Shown here: positions 11,582 through 25,944 of the stretch, piece by piece
Layout: each line of letters opens with the position of its first letter
Numbering within the stretch: position 1 is the first letter of the stretch
NCBI GenBank assembly: GCA_964016885.1
Contig: OZ024741.1
Coordinates: 255,502,001 to 255,566,000, forward strand
Reading direction: 5' to 3'
From: Eledone cirrhosa
Taxonomy: Eukaryota
Length of the DNA: 64,000 nt
Notes under the pieces: generated by a model
The model's database searches: none
Seen by the model: only the letters and a program-made list of their open reading frames with translations
Told to the model about the DNA's origin: nothing
Translations under genes and position numbers: made by a program

Positions 11582-13249
11582 GTTTCGCTTTACGAGTGTT
11601 TCGACTTACGAGTGTTTCGACATACGAGTGTTTCGACTTCCGAATGTTTTCGCTTACGGGTGTTTCGACTTACGAATGTTTCGGCTTACGAGTGTTTCGG
11701 CTTACGAGTGTTCCGACTTAGGAGTGTTTCGGCTTATGGGTGTTTCCGGCTTACGAGTGTTTCGACTTTAGAGTGTTTCGACTTTAGAGTGTTTTGACTT
11801 ACGGTGTTTCGGCTTACGAGTGATTCGACTTACGAGTGTTTTGACTTACGAGTGTTTCGACTTACGAGTGTTTTGACTTACGAATGTTTTGACTTACGGG
11901 TGTTTCGGCTTACGAGTGTTTCGACTTACGAGTGTTTCGGCTTGCGAGTGTTTCGACTTACTAATGTTTTTACTTACGAGTGTTTAGGCGTACGAGTGTT
12001 TCGACTTACGAGTGTTTCGACTTACGGGTGTTTTGACTTACGGGTGTTTCGGCTTACCAGTGTTTCGACTTACGAGTGATTTGACTTACGAGTGTTTCGG
12101 ATTACGAGTGTTTTGACTTCAGGGTGTTTAGACTTACGAGTGTTTCGATACGAGTGTTTCGACTTACGAGTGTTCTGACTTACGAGTATTCTGATTTACG
12201 GATGTTTCGACACACGAGTGTTTCGAATTACGAGTGTTTCGACTTACGAGTGTTTTGACTTACGGGTGTTTTGACATACGAGTGTTTCGATACGAGTGTT
12301 TCGACTTATGAGTGTTTCGACTTACGAGTGTTCTGACTTACGAGTGTTCTGACTTACGAGTGTTCTGATTTACGGATGTTTCGACACACGAGTGTTTCGA
12401 TACGAGTGTTTCGACTTACGAGTGTTTCGACTTATGAGTGTTTCGACTTACGAGTGTTCTGACTTACGAGTGTTCTGACTTACGAGTGTTCCGACTTACG
12501 AGTGTTTTGGTTTACGAGTGTTTCGACATACGAGTGTTTTGACTTACGGGTGTTTCGACTTACGGGTGTTTCGACTTACGAGTGTTTTGGCTTACGAGTG
12601 TTTCGACTTACTAATGTTTTTACTTACGAGTGTTTCGGTGTACGAATGTTTTGACTTAAGGATGTTTCGACTTACGAGTGTTTCGACTTACGAGTGTTTC
12701 GGCTTACGTGAGTTTCGACTTAAGATTGTTCTGATTTACGAGTGTTCTGACTTACGAGTGTTTCGGCTTATGAGTGTTTCGACTTACGAGTGTTTCGGCT
12801 TACGAGTGTTTCGACTTATGGGTGTTTCGAATTACGAGTGTTTTTACTTACGGTGTTTCGGCTTACGAGTGTTTCGACATACGAGTGTTTTGACTTACGG
12901 GTGTTTCGGCTTACGAGTGTTTCGACTTACGAGTGTTTTGACTTACGGGTGTTTCGACTTACGAGTATTTTTGGCTTACGAGTGTTTCGACTTACGAGTG
13001 TTTTGACTTACGAGTGTTCTGATTTACGGATGTTTCGACATACGAGTGTTTCGACTTACGAGTGTTTCGACTTATGAGTGTTTCGACTTACGAGTGTTTC
13101 GGCTTACGAGTGTTTCGACTTACGAGTGTTTTGACTTACGGTGTTTCGGCTTACGAGTGTTTCGACTTACGGGTGTTTTGACTTACGGGTGATTTGACAT
13201 ACGAGTGTTTCGATACGAGTGTTCTGACTTACGAGTGTTCTGACTTACG

Positions 13250-16200
13250 AGTGTTTTGACTTACGAGTGTTCTGACTTACGAGTGTTCCGACTTACGAGT
13301 GTTCCGACTTACGAGTGTTTCGGCTTACGAGTGTTTCCGGCTTACGAGTGTTTCGACTTCCGAGTGTTTTGACTTACGGTGTTTCGGCTTACGAGTGATT
13401 CGACTTACGAGTGTTTTGACTTACGGGTGATTTGACTTACGGGTGTTGTGAATTACGAGTGTTCCGATTTACGAGTGTTTTGACTTACGGTGTTTCGGCT
13501 TACGAGTGATTCGACTTACGAATGTTTTGACTTACGGGTGTTTCGGCTTGCGAGTGTTTCGACTTACGAGAGTTTCGGCTTATGGGTGTTTCGACTTACT
13601 AATGTTTTTACTTACGAGTGTTTCGGCGTACGAGTGTTTTGACTTACGAGTGTTTCGACTTACGAGTGTTTCGACTTACGAGTGTTTCGGCTTACGTGAG
13701 TTTCGACTTAAGAGTGTTCTGATTTACGAGTGTTCTGACTTGCGGGTGTTCTGATTTACGAGTGTTCCGACTTACGAGTGTTTCGGCTTATTAGTGTTTC
13801 GACTTACGAGTGTTTCGGCTTACGAGTGTTTCGACTTATGGGTGTTTCGACTTACGAGTGTTTTTACTTACGGTGTTTCGGCTTACGAGTGTTTCGACAT
13901 ACGAGTGTTTTGACTTACGGGTGTTTCGACTTACGAGTGTTTTGACTTACGAATCTTTTGACTTACGGGTGTTTCGGCTTACGAGTGTTTCGACTTACGA
14001 GTGTTTCGGCTTACGAGTGTTTCGACTTATGGGTGTTTCGACTTACGAGTGTTTTTACTTACGGTGTTTCGGCTTACGAGTGTTTCGACATACGAGTGTT
14101 TTGACTTACGGGTGTTTCGACTTACGAGTGTTTTGACTTACGAGTGTTTCGACTTATGACTGTTTCGACTTACGAGTGTTTCGGCTTATGAGTGTTTCGA
14201 CTTACGAGTGCTTCGGCTTACGAGTGTTTCGACTTACGAGTATTTCGGCTTTCGAGTGTTTCGACGTAAGAATGTTTTGGCTTACGAGTGTTTCGGCTTA
14301 TGAGTGTTTCGGCTTACGAGTGTTTCGACTTACGAGTGTTTCGGCTTACGAGTGTTTCAGTGTTTCGGCTTACGTGTGTTTCGACTTACGAGTGTTTCGA
14401 CTTACGACTGTTTCAGCTTACGAGTGTTTCGGCTTACGACTGTTTCGACTTACGAGTGTTTTGACTTACGAATGTTTTGACTTACGGGTGTTTCGGCTTA
14501 CGAGTGTTTCGACTTACGAGTCTTTCGGCTTACGAGTGTTTCGACTTACTAATGTTTTTACATACGAGTGTTTCGGCGTACGAGTGTTTCGACTTACGAG
14601 TGTTTCGATTTACGGGTGTTTTGACTTACGGGTGTTTCGGCTTACGAGTGTTTTGACTTACGAGTGTTTTGACTTAAGGGTGTTTCGACTTACGAGTAAT
14701 TTTGGCTTACGAGTGTTTCGACTTACGAGTGTTTTGACTTACGAGTGTTCTGATTTACGGATGTTTCGACATACGAGTGTTTCGACTTACGAGTGTTTCG
14801 ACTTACTAATGTTCTTACGAGTGTTTCGGCGTACGAGAGTTTTGACTTACGAGTGTTTCGACTTATGAGTGTTTCGACTTACGAGTGTTTTGACTTACGA
14901 ATGTTTTGACTTACGGGTGTTTCGGCTTACGAGTGTTTCGACTTACGAGTCTTTCGGCTTACGAGTGTTTCGACTTACTAATGTTTTTACTTACGAGTGT
15001 TTCGGCGTACGAGTGTTTCGACTTACGAGTGTTTCGACTTACGGGTGTTTTGACTTACGGGTGTTTCGGCTTACGAGTGTTTTGACTTACGAGTGTTTTG
15101 ACTTAAGGTTGTTTCGACTTACGAGTATTTTTGGCTTACGAGTGTTTCGACTTACGAGTGTTTTGACTTACGAGTGTTCTGATTTACGGATGTTTCGACA
15201 TACGAGTGTTTCGACTTACGAGTGTTTCGACTTATGAGTGTTTCGACTTACGAGTGTTTCGGCTTATGAGTGTTTCGACTTACGAGTGCTTCGGCTTACG
15301 AGTGTTTCGACTTACGAGTATTTCGGGTTACGAGTGTTTCGACGTACGAATGTTTTGGCTTACGAGTGTTTCGGCTTATGAGTGTTTCGGCTTACGAGTG
15401 TTTCGACTCACGAGTGTTTCGGCTTACGAGTGTTTCAGTGTTTCGGCTTACGTGTGTTTCGACTTACGATTGTTTCGACTTACGACTGTTTCGGCTTACG
15501 AGTGTTTCGGCTTGCGAGTGTTTCGGCTTACGAGTGTTTTGACTTACGAGTGTTTTGACTTACGATTGTTTGGCTTACGAGTGTTCGGACTTACGGGTGT
15601 TCTGACTTTCGAATGTTCCGACTTACGAGTGTTTCGGCTTGTGAGGGTTTCGACTTACGAGTGCTTCGGTTTACGAGTGTTTCGACTTACGATTGTTTCG
15701 GCTTACGAGTGTTTCGACTTACGAGTGTTTCGACTTACGAGTGTTTAGACTTATGGTGTTTCGGCTTACGAGTGTTTCGACATACGAGTGTTTTGACGTA
15801 CGGGTGTTTCGACTTACGGGTCTTTCGACTTAAGAGTGTTTCGACTTACGAGCGCTTCGACTTACGAGTGTTTCGACTTACGAGTGTTTCGGCGTATGAG
15901 TGTTTTGACTTACGAGTGTTTCGACTTACGAGTGTTTCGAATTACGAGTGTTTCGACTTACGAGTGTTTTGACTTACGAGTGTTTTGACTTCGGTGTTTC
16001 TGCTTACGAGTGTTTCGACTTACGAGTGTTATGACTTACGGGTGTTTTCACATACGAGTGTTTCGACTTACGAGTGTTTTGACTTACGGGTGTTTTGACA
16101 TACGAGTGTTTCGATACGAGTGTTCTGACTTACGAGTGTTCTGACTTACGAGTGTTCTGACTTACGAGTGTTTCGACATACGAGTGTTTTGACTTACGGG

Positions 16201-19200
16201 TGTTTCGACTTACGAGTGTTTTCACTTACGAATGTTTTGACTTACGGGTGTTTCGGCTTACGAGTGTTTCGACTTACGAGTGTTTCGGCTTACGAGTGTT
16301 TCGACTTACTAATATTTTTACTTACGTGTGTTTCGGCGTACGAGAGTTTTGACTTACGCGTGTTTCGACTTGCGAGTGTTTCGACTTACGAGTATTTTGA
16401 CTTACGAATGTTTTGACTTACGGGTGTTTCGGCTTACGAGTGTTTCGACTTACGAGTCTTTCGGCTTACGAGTGTTTCGACTTACTAATGTTTTTACTTA
16501 CGAGTGTTTCGGCGTACGAGTGTTTCGACTTCTGAGTGTTTCGACTTACGGGTGTTTTGACTGACGGGTGTATCGGCTTACGAGTGTTTTGACTTAAGTG
16601 TGTTTCGACTTACGAGTATTTTTGGCTTACGAGTGTTTCGACTTACGAGTGTTTTGACTTACGAGTGTTCTGATTTACGGATGTTTCGACATACGAGTGT
16701 TTCGACTTACGAGTGTTTCGACTTATGAGTGTTTCGACTTACGAGTGTTTCGACTTACGAGTGTTTCGGCTTGTGATTGTTTTGACTTACGAGTGTTTTG
16801 ACTTACGGTGTTTCAGCTTACGAGTGTTTCGACTTACGAGTGTTTTGACTTACGGGTGTTTTGACATACGAGTGTTTCGATACGAGTGTTCTGACTTACG
16901 AGTGTTCTGACTTACGAGTGTTTTGACTTACGAGTGTTCTGACTTACGAGTGTTCCGACTTACGAGTGTTCCGACTTACGGGTGTTTCGACTTACGAGTG
17001 TTTTGGCTTACGGTGTTTCGACTTACGAGTGTTTCGAGTTAAGAGTGTTTTGACTTACGAGTGTTCTGATTTACGAGTGTTCTGACTTACGAGTGTTCTG
17101 ACTTACGAGTGTTCTGACTTACGAGTGTTCTGACTTACGAGTGTTCCGACTTTACGAGTGTTTCGGCTCACGAATGTTTCGGCTTACGAGTGTTTCGACT
17201 TACGAAAATAACAAATAGACGCGGTTTCAAATCTCTATGCTTTTCAAATTCATTACATTAATCTTTATTTATACGTTTCGCTTTACGAGTGTTTCGACTT
17301 ACGAGTGTTTCGACATACGAGTGTTTCGACTTACGAATGTTTTTGCTTACGGGTGTTTCGACTTACGAATGTTTTTGCTTACGAGTGTTTCGGTTTACGA
17401 GTGTTCCGACTTACGAGTGTTCCGACTTACGAGTGTTTCGGCTTACGAGTGTTTCCGGCTTACGAGTGTTTCAACTTACGAGTGTTCTGACTTACGAGTG
17501 TTCTGACTTACGGATGTTTCGACACACGAGTGTTTCGAATTACGAGTGTTTCGACTTACGAGTGTTTTGACTTACGGGTGTTTTGACATACGAGTGTTTC
17601 GATACGAGTGTTTCGACTTACGAGTGTTCTGACTTACGAGTGTTCTGATTTACGGATGTTTCGACATACGAGTGTTTCGACTTACGAGTGTTTCGACTTA
17701 TGAGTGTTTCGACTTACGAGTGTTTCGGCTTACGAGTGTTTCGACTTACGAGTGTTTTGACTTACGGTGTTTCGGCTTACGAGTGTTTCGACTTACGAGT
17801 GTTTTGACTTACGGGTGTTTTGGCATACGAGTGTTTCGATACGAGTGTTCTGACTTACGAGTGTTCTGACTTACGAGTGTTCTGACTTACGAGTGTTCTG
17901 ACTTACGAGTGTTCTGATTTACGGATGTTTCGACATACGAGTGTTTCGACTTACGAGTGTTTCGACTTATGAGTGTTTCGACTTACGAGTGTTTCGGCTT
18001 ACGAGTGTTTCGACTTACGAGTGTTTTGACTTACGGTGTTTCGGCTTACGAGTGTTTCGACTTACGAGTGTTTTGACTTACGGCTGTTTTGACATACGAG
18101 TGTTTCGATACGAGTGTTCTGACTTACGAGTGTTCTGACTTACGAGTGTTTTGACTTACGAGTGTTCTGACTTACGGGTGTTTCGACTTACGAGTATTTT
18201 TGGCTTACGAGTGTTTCGACTTACGAGTGTTTTGACTTACGAGTGTTCTGATTTACGGATGTTTCGACATACGAGTGTTTCGACTTACGAATGTTTCGAC
18301 TTATGAGTGTTTCGACTTACGAGTGTTTCGGCTTACGAGTGTTTCGACTTACGAGTGTTTTGACTTACGGTGTTTCGGCTTACGAGTGTTTCGACTTACG
18401 AGTGTTTTGACTTACGGGTGTTTTGACATACGAGTGTTTCGATACGAGTGTTCTGACTTACGAGTGTTTTGACTTACGAGTGTTCTGACTTACGAGTGTT
18501 CCGACTTACGAGTGTTCCGACTTACGAGTGTTTCGGCTTACGAGTGTTTCCGGCTTACGAGTGTTTCGACTTCCGAGTGTTTTGACTTACGGTGTTTCGG
18601 CTTACGAGTGATTCGACTTACGAGTGTTTTGACTTACGGGTGATTTGACTTACTGGTGTTGTGAATTTCGAGTGTTCCGATTTACGAGTGTTTTGACTTA
18701 CGGTGTTTCGGCTTACGAGTGATTCGACTTACGAATGTTTTGACTTACGGGTGTTTCGGCTTGCGAGTGTTTCGACTTACGAGTGTTTCGGCTTATGGGT
18801 GTTTCGACTTACTAATGTTTTTACTTACGAGTGTTTCGGCGTACGAGTGTTTTGACTTACGAGTGTTTCGACTTACGAGTGTTTCGACTTACGAGTGTTT
18901 CGACTTACGAGTGTTTCGGCTTACGTGAGTTTCGACTTAAGAGTGTTCTGATTTACGAGTGTTCTGACTTGCGGGTGTTCTGATTTACGAGTGTTCCGAC
19001 TTACGAGTGTTTCGGCTTATTAGTGTTTCGACTTACGAGTGTTTCGGCTTACGAGTGTTTCGACTTATGGGTGTTTCGACTTACGAGTGTTTTTACTTAC
19101 GGTGTTTCGGCTTACGAGTGTTTCGACATACGAGTGTTTTGACTTACGGGTGTTTCGACTTACGAGTGTTTTGACTTACGAATGTTTTGACTTACGGGTG

Positions 19201-20750
19201 TTTCGGCTTACGAGTGTTTCGACTTACGATTGTTTCGACTTACGAGTCTTTCGGCTTACGAGTGTTTCGACTTACTAATGTTCTTACGAGTGTTTCGGCG
19301 TACGAGAGTTTTGACTTACGAGTGTTTCGACTGACGAGTGTTTCGACTTACGAGTGTTTTGACTTACGAATGTTTTGACTTACGGGTGTTTCGGCTGACG
19401 ATTGTTTCGACTTACGAGTCTTTCGGCTTACGAGTGTTTCGACTTACTAATGTTTTTACTTACGAGTGTTTCGGCGTACGAGTGTTTCGACTTACGAGTG
19501 TTTCGACTTACGGGTGTTTTGACTTACGGGTGTTTCGGCTTACGAGTGTTTTGACTTACGAGTGTTTTGACTTAAGGGTGTTTCGACTTACGAGTATTTT
19601 TGGCTTACGAGTGTTTCGACTTACGAGTGTTTTGACTTACGAGTGTTCTGATTTACGGATGTTTCGACATACGAGTGTTTCGACTTACGAGTGTTTCGAC
19701 TTATGAGTGTTTCGACTTACGAGTGTTTCGGCTTATGAGTGTTTCGACTTACGATCGCTTCGGCTTACGAGTGTTTCGACTTACGAGTATTTCGGCTTAC
19801 GAGTGTTTCGACGTACGAATGTTTTGGCTTACGAGTGTTTCGGCTTATGAGTGTTTCGGCTTACGAGTGTTTCGACTTACGAGTGTTTCGGCTTACGAGT
19901 GTTTCAGTGTTTCGGCTTACGTGTGTTTCGACTTACGAGTGTTTCGACTTACGAGTGTTTTGACTTACGAGTGTTCTGATTTACGGATGTTTCGACATAC
20001 GAGTGTTTCGACTTACGAGTGTTTCGACTTATGAGTGTTTCGACTTACGAGTGTTTCGACTTACGAGTGTTTCGGCTTGTGATTGTTTCGACTTACGAGT
20101 GTTTTGACTTACGGTGTTTCAGCTTACGAGTGTTTCGACTTACGAGTGTTTTGACTTACGGGTGTTTTGACATACGAGTTTCGATACGAGTGTTCTGACT
20201 TACGAGTGTTCTGAGTTACGAGTGTTTTGACTTACGAGTGTTCTGACTTACGAGTGTTCCGACTTACGAGTGTTCCGACTTACGAGTGTTTCGGCTTACG
20301 AGTGTTTTGACTTAAGGGTGTTTCGACTTACGAGTGTTTCGATACGAGTGTTTCGACTTACGAGTGTTTCGGCTTACGAGTGTTTCGACTTACGAGTGTT
20401 TCGACTTACGAGTGTTCCGACTTACGGGTGTTTCGACTTACGAGTGTATTGGCTTACGGTGTTTCGACTTACGAGTGTTTCGAGTTAAGAGTGTTTTGAC
20501 ATACGAGTGTTCTGATTTACGAGTGTTCTGACTTACGAGTGTTCTGACTTACGAGTGTTCTGACTTACGAGTGTTCCGACTTTACGAGTGTTTCGGCTCA
20601 CGAGTGTTTCGGCTTACGAGTGTTTCGACTTACGAAAATAACAAATAGACGCGGTTTCAAATCTCTATGCTTTTCAAATTCATTACATTAATCTTTATTT
20701 ATACGTTTCGCTTTACGAGTGTTTCGACTTACGAGTGTTTCGACATACGA
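13250..20750 (+). repeat. Older diverged ~13.1-kb-offset copy of approximately 60-7620
   Basis: Offsets 13,186 (320/13506 through 2982/16168), 13,170, 13,060, 13,108, 13,092, 13,140, 13,138 and 13,122; scattered substitutions. Boundaries are approximate. Confidence 0.88.
17206..17274 (+). repeat. 69-bp AT-rich interspersed segment
   Basis: Matches the reference copy. Confidence 0.95.
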
Positions 20751-20963
20751 GTGTTTCGGCTTACGAGTGTTTTGATTTACGAGTGTTTTGACTTACGGGT
20801 GCTTCCACTTACGCGTGTTTCGACTTACGAGTGTTTCGACTTACGAGTGTTTCGACTTACGAGTGTTTCGGCTTACGAGTGTTTCGACTTACGAAAATAA
20901 CAAATAGACGCGGTTTCAAATCTCTATGCTTTTCCAATTCATTACATTAATCTTTATTTATAC
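20636..20963 (+). repeat. Doublet of 69-bp segments (20636-20704 and 20895-20963), 259 bp apart
   Basis: The second copy carries TTTTCCAATTC instead of TTTTCAAATTC. Confidence 0.95.
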
Positions 20964-21737
20964 GTTTCGCTTTACGAGTGTTTCGACTTACGAGTGTTTT
21001 GACTTACGAATGTTTTGACTTACGATTGTTTCGGCTTACGAGTGTTTCGACTTACGAGTGTTCTGACTACGAGTGTTCTGACTTACGGGTGTTCTGACTT
21101 ACGAGTGTTCCGACTTACGAGTGTTTCGGCTTATGAGTGTTTCGACTTACGAGTGCTTCGACTTACGAGTGTTTCGGCTTGTGATTGTTTCGACTTACGA
21201 GTGTTTTGACTTACGGTGTTTCAGCTTACGAGTGTTTCGACTTACGAGTGTTTTGACTTACGGGTGTTTTGACATACGAGTTTCGATACGAGTGTTCTGA
21301 CTTACGAGTGTTCTGAGTTACGAGTGTTTTGACTTACGAGTGTTCTGACTTACGAGTGTTCCGACTTACGAGTGTTCCGACTTACGAGTGTTTCGGCTTA
21401 CGAGTGTTTTGACTTAAGGGTGTTTCGACTTACGAGTGTTTCGATACGAGTGTTTCGACTTACGAGTGTTTCGGCTTACGAGTGTTTCGACTTACGAGTG
21501 TTTCGACTTACGAGTGTTCCGACTTACGGGTGTTTCGACTTACGAGTGTATTGGCTTACGGTGTTTCGACTTACGAGTGTTTCGAGTTAAGAGTGTTTTG
21601 ACATACGAGTGTTCTGATTTACGAGTGTTCTGACTTACGAGTGTTCTGACTTACGAGTGTTCTGACTTACGAGTGTTCCGACTTTACGAGTGTTTCGGCT
21701 CACGAGTGTTTCGGCTTACGAGTGTTTCGACTTACGA

Positions 21738-22065
21738 AAATAACAAATAGACGCGGTTTCAAATCTCTATGCTTTTCAAATTCATTACATTAATCTTTAT
21801 TTATACGTTTCGCTTTACGAGTGTTTCGACTTACGAGTGTTTCGACATACGAGTGTTTCGGCTTACGAGTGTTTTGATTTACGAGTGTTTTGACTTACGG
21901 GTGCTTCCACTTACGCGTGTTTCGACTTACGAGTGTTTCGACTTACGAGTGTTTCGACTTACGAGTGTTTCGGCTTACGAGTGTTTCGACTTACGAAAAT
22001 AACAAATAGACGCGGTTTCAAATCTCTATGCTTTTCCAATTCATTACATTAATCTTTATTTATAC
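21738..22065 (+). repeat. Doublet of 69-bp segments (21738-21806 and 21997-22065)
   Basis: Same 259-bp spacing and CCAATTC second copy; offset 1,102 bp from the previous doublet. Confidence 0.95.
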
Positions 22066-23792
22066 GTTTCGCTTTACGAGTGTTTCGACTTACGAGTGTT
22101 TTGACTTACGAATGTTTTGACTTACGATTGTTTCGGCTTACGAGTGTTTCGACTTACGAGTGTTCTGACTACGAGTGTTCTGACTTACGGGTGTTCTGAC
22201 TTACGAGTGTTCCGACTTACGAGTGTTTCGGCTTATGAGTGTTTCGACTTACGAGTGCTTCGACTTACGAGTGTTTCGGCTTACGGGTGTTTCGACTTAC
22301 GAATGTTTTTGCTTACGAGTGTTTCGGCTTACGAGTGTTTCGGCTTATGAGTGTTTCGACTTACGAGTGTTTTGACTTACGGGTGTTTTGACATACGAGT
22401 GTTTCGATACGATTGTTCTGACTTACGAGTGTTTCCGCTTACGAGTGTTTCGGCTTACGAGTGTTTCGACTTACTAATGTTTTTACTTACGAGTGTTTCG
22501 GTGTACGAGTGTTTCGACTTAAGGATGTTTCGACTTACGAGTGTTTCGACTTACGAGTGTTTCGACTTACGAGTGTTTCGACTTACGAGTGTTTTGGCTT
22601 ACGAATGTTTTGACTTACGGGTGTTTTGACTTACGAGTGTTTCGGCTTATGAGTGTTTCGACTTACGGGCGTTTCGACTTACGGGTGTTTCGACTTACGA
22701 GTGTTTTGGCTTACGAATGTTTTGACTTACGGGTGTTTCGACTTACGAGTGTTTCGACTTATGAGTGTTTCGACTTACGAGTGTTTCGGCTTATGAGTGT
22801 TTCGACTTACGAGTGCTTCGGCTTACGAGTGTTTCGACTGACGAGTATTTCGGCTTACGAGTGTTTCGACGTACGAATGTTTTGGCTTACGAGTGTTTCG
22901 GCTTATGAGTGTTTCGGCTTACGAGTGTTTCGACTTACGAGGGTTTCGGCTTACGAGTGTTTCAGTGTTTCGGCTTACGTGTGTTTCGACTTACGAGTGT
23001 TTCGACTTACGACTGTTTCGGCTTACGAGTGTTTCGGCTTACGAGTGTTTCGGCTTACGAGTGTTTTGAATTACGATTGTTTGGCTTACGAGTGTTCTGA
23101 CTTACGGGTGTTCTGACTTACGAGGGTTCCGACTTACGAGTGTTTCGGCTTATGAGGGTTTCGACTTACGAGTGCTTCGGCTTACGAGTGTTTCGACTTA
23201 CGAGTATTTCGGCTTACGAGTGTTTCGACTTACGAGTGTTTTGACTTACGGTGTTTCGGCTTACGAGTGTTTCGACATACGAGTGTTTTGACGTACGGGT
23301 GTTTCGACTTACGGGTCTTTCGACTTAAGAGTGTTTCGACTTACGAGCGCTTCGACTTACGAGTGTTTCGACTTACGAGTGTTTCGGCGTATGAGTGTTT
23401 TGACTTACGAGTGTTTCGACTTACGAGTGTTTCGACTTACGAGTGTTTCGAATTACGAGTGTTTCGACTTACGAGTGTTTTGACTTACGAGTGTTTTGAC
23501 TTACGGTGTTTCTGCTTACGAGTGTTTCGACTTACGAGTGTTATGACTTACGGGTATTTTGACATACGAGTGTTTCGACTTACGAGTGTTTTGACTTACG
23601 GGTGTTTTGACATACGAGTGTTTCGATAGGAGTGTTCTGACTTACGAGTGTTCTGACTTACGAGTGTTCTGACTTACGAGTGTTCTGACTTACGAGTGTT
23701 CTGACTTACGAGTGTTCTGACTTACGAGTGTTCCGACTTTACGAGTGTTTCGGCTCACGAGTGTTTCGGCTTACGAGTGTTTCGACTTACGA

Positions 23793-23861
23793 AAATAACA
23801 AATAGACGCGGTTTCAAATCTCTATGCTTTTCAAATTCATTACATTAATCTTTATTTATAC
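23793..23861 (+). repeat. 69-bp AT-rich interspersed segment
   Basis: Matches the reference copy. Confidence 0.95.
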
Positions 23862-25944
23862 GTTTCGCTTTACGAGTGTTTCGACTTACGAGTGTTTCGA
23901 CATACGAGTGTTTCGGCTTACGAGTGTTTTGATTTACGAGTGTTTTGACTTACGGGTGCTTCGACTTACGCGTGTTTCGACTTACGAGTGTTTCGACTTA
24001 CGATTGTTTCGGCTTACGAGTGTTTCGACTTACGAGTGTTCTGACTACGAGTGTTCTGACTTACGGGTGTTCTGACTTACGAGTGTTCTGACTTACGAGT
24101 GTTTCGGCTTATGAGTGTTTCGACTTACGAGTGCTTCGACTTACGAGTGTTTCGGCTTACGGGTGTTTCGACTTACGAATGTTTTTGCTTACGAGTGTTT
24201 CGGCTTACGAGTGTTTCGGCTTATGAGTGTTTCGACTTACGAGTGTTTTGACTTACGGGTGTTTTGACATACGAGTGTTTCGATACGATTGTTCTGACTT
24301 ACGAGTGTTTCCGCTTACGAGTGTTTCGGCTTACGAGTGTTTCGACTTACTAATGTTTTTACTTACGAGTGTTTCGACTTACGAGTGTTTCGACTTACGA
24401 GTGTTTCGACTTACGAGTGTTTTGGCTTACGAATGTTTTGACTTACGGGTGTTTCGACTTACGAGTGTTTCGGCGTATGAGTGTTTTGACTTACGAGTGT
24501 TTCGACTTACGAGTGTTTCGAATTACGAGTGTTTCGACTTACGAGTGTTTTGACTTACGAGTGTTTTGACTTCGGTGTTTCTGCTTACGAGTGTTTCGAC
24601 TTACGAGTGTTATGACTTACGGGTGTTTTCACATACGAGTGTTTCGACTTACGAGTGTTTTGACTTACGGGTGTTTTGACATACGAGTGTTTCGATACGA
24701 GTGTTCTGACTTACGAGTGTTCTGACTTACGAGTGTTCTGACTTACGAGTGTTTCGACACACGAGTGTTTTGACTTACGGGTGTTTCGACTTACGAGTGT
24801 TTTCACTTACGAATGTTTTGACTTACGGGTGTTTCGGCTTACGAGTGTTTCGACTTACGAGTGTTTCGGCTTACGAGTGTTTCGACTTACTAATATTTTT
24901 ACTTACGAGTGTTTCGGCGTACGAGAGTTTTGACTTACGCGTGTTTCGACTTGCGAGTGTTTCGACTTACGAGTATTTTGACTTACGAATGTTTTGACTT
25001 ACGGGTGTTTCGGCTTACGAGTGTTTCGACTTACGAGTCTTTCGGCTTACGAGTGTTTCGACTTACTAATGTTTTTACTTACGAGTGTTTCGGCGTACGA
25101 GTGTTTCGACTTCTGAGTGTTTCGACTGACGGGTGTTTTGACTGACGGGTGTATCGGCTTACGAGTGTTTTGACTTACGAGTGTTTTGACTTAAGGGTGT
25201 TTCGACTTACGAGTATTTTTGGCTTACGAGTGTTTCGACTTACGAGTGTTTTGACTTACGAGTGTTCTGATTTACGGATGTTTCGACATACGAGTGTTTC
25301 GACTTACGAGTGTTTCGACTTATGAGTGTTTCGACTTACGAGTGTTTCGACTTACGAGTGTTTCGGCTTGTGATTGTTTTGACTTACGAGTGTTTTGACT
25401 TACGGTGTTTCAGCTTACGAGTGTTTCGACTTACGAGTGTTTTGACTTACGGGTGTTTTGACATACGAGTGTTTCGATACGAGTGTTCTGACTTACGAGT
25501 GTTCTGACTTACGAGTGTTTTGACTTACGAGTGTTCTGACTTACGAGTGTTCCGACTTACGAGTGTTCCGACTTACGAGTGTTTCGGCTTACGAGTGTTT
25601 TGACTTAAGGGTGTTTCGACTTACGAGTGTTTCGATACGAGTGTTTCGACTTACGAGTGTTTCGGCTTACGAGTGTTTCGACTTACGAGTGTTTCGACTT
25701 ACGAGTGTTCCGACTTACGGGTGTTTCGACTTACGAGTGTTTTGGCTTACGGTGTTTCGACTTACGAGTGTTTCGAGTTAAGAGTGTTTTGACTTACGAG
25801 TGTTCTGATTTACGAGTGTTCTGACTTACGAGTGTTCTGACTTACGAGTGTTCTGACTTACGAGTGTTCTGACTTACGAGTGTTCCGACTTTACGAGTGT
25901 TTCGGCTCACGAATGTTTCGGCTTACGAGTGTTTCGACTTACGA

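Larger units (their letters stand above)
20055..22282 (+). repeat. 1,102-bp tandem duplication within the array (two copies)
   Basis: Constant offset 1,102: 20270/21372, 20667/21769, 21015/22117. Both copies share the 2-bp deletion CATACGAGTTTCGATAC and the variant GCTTCCACTTACGCG. Confidence 0.92.
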
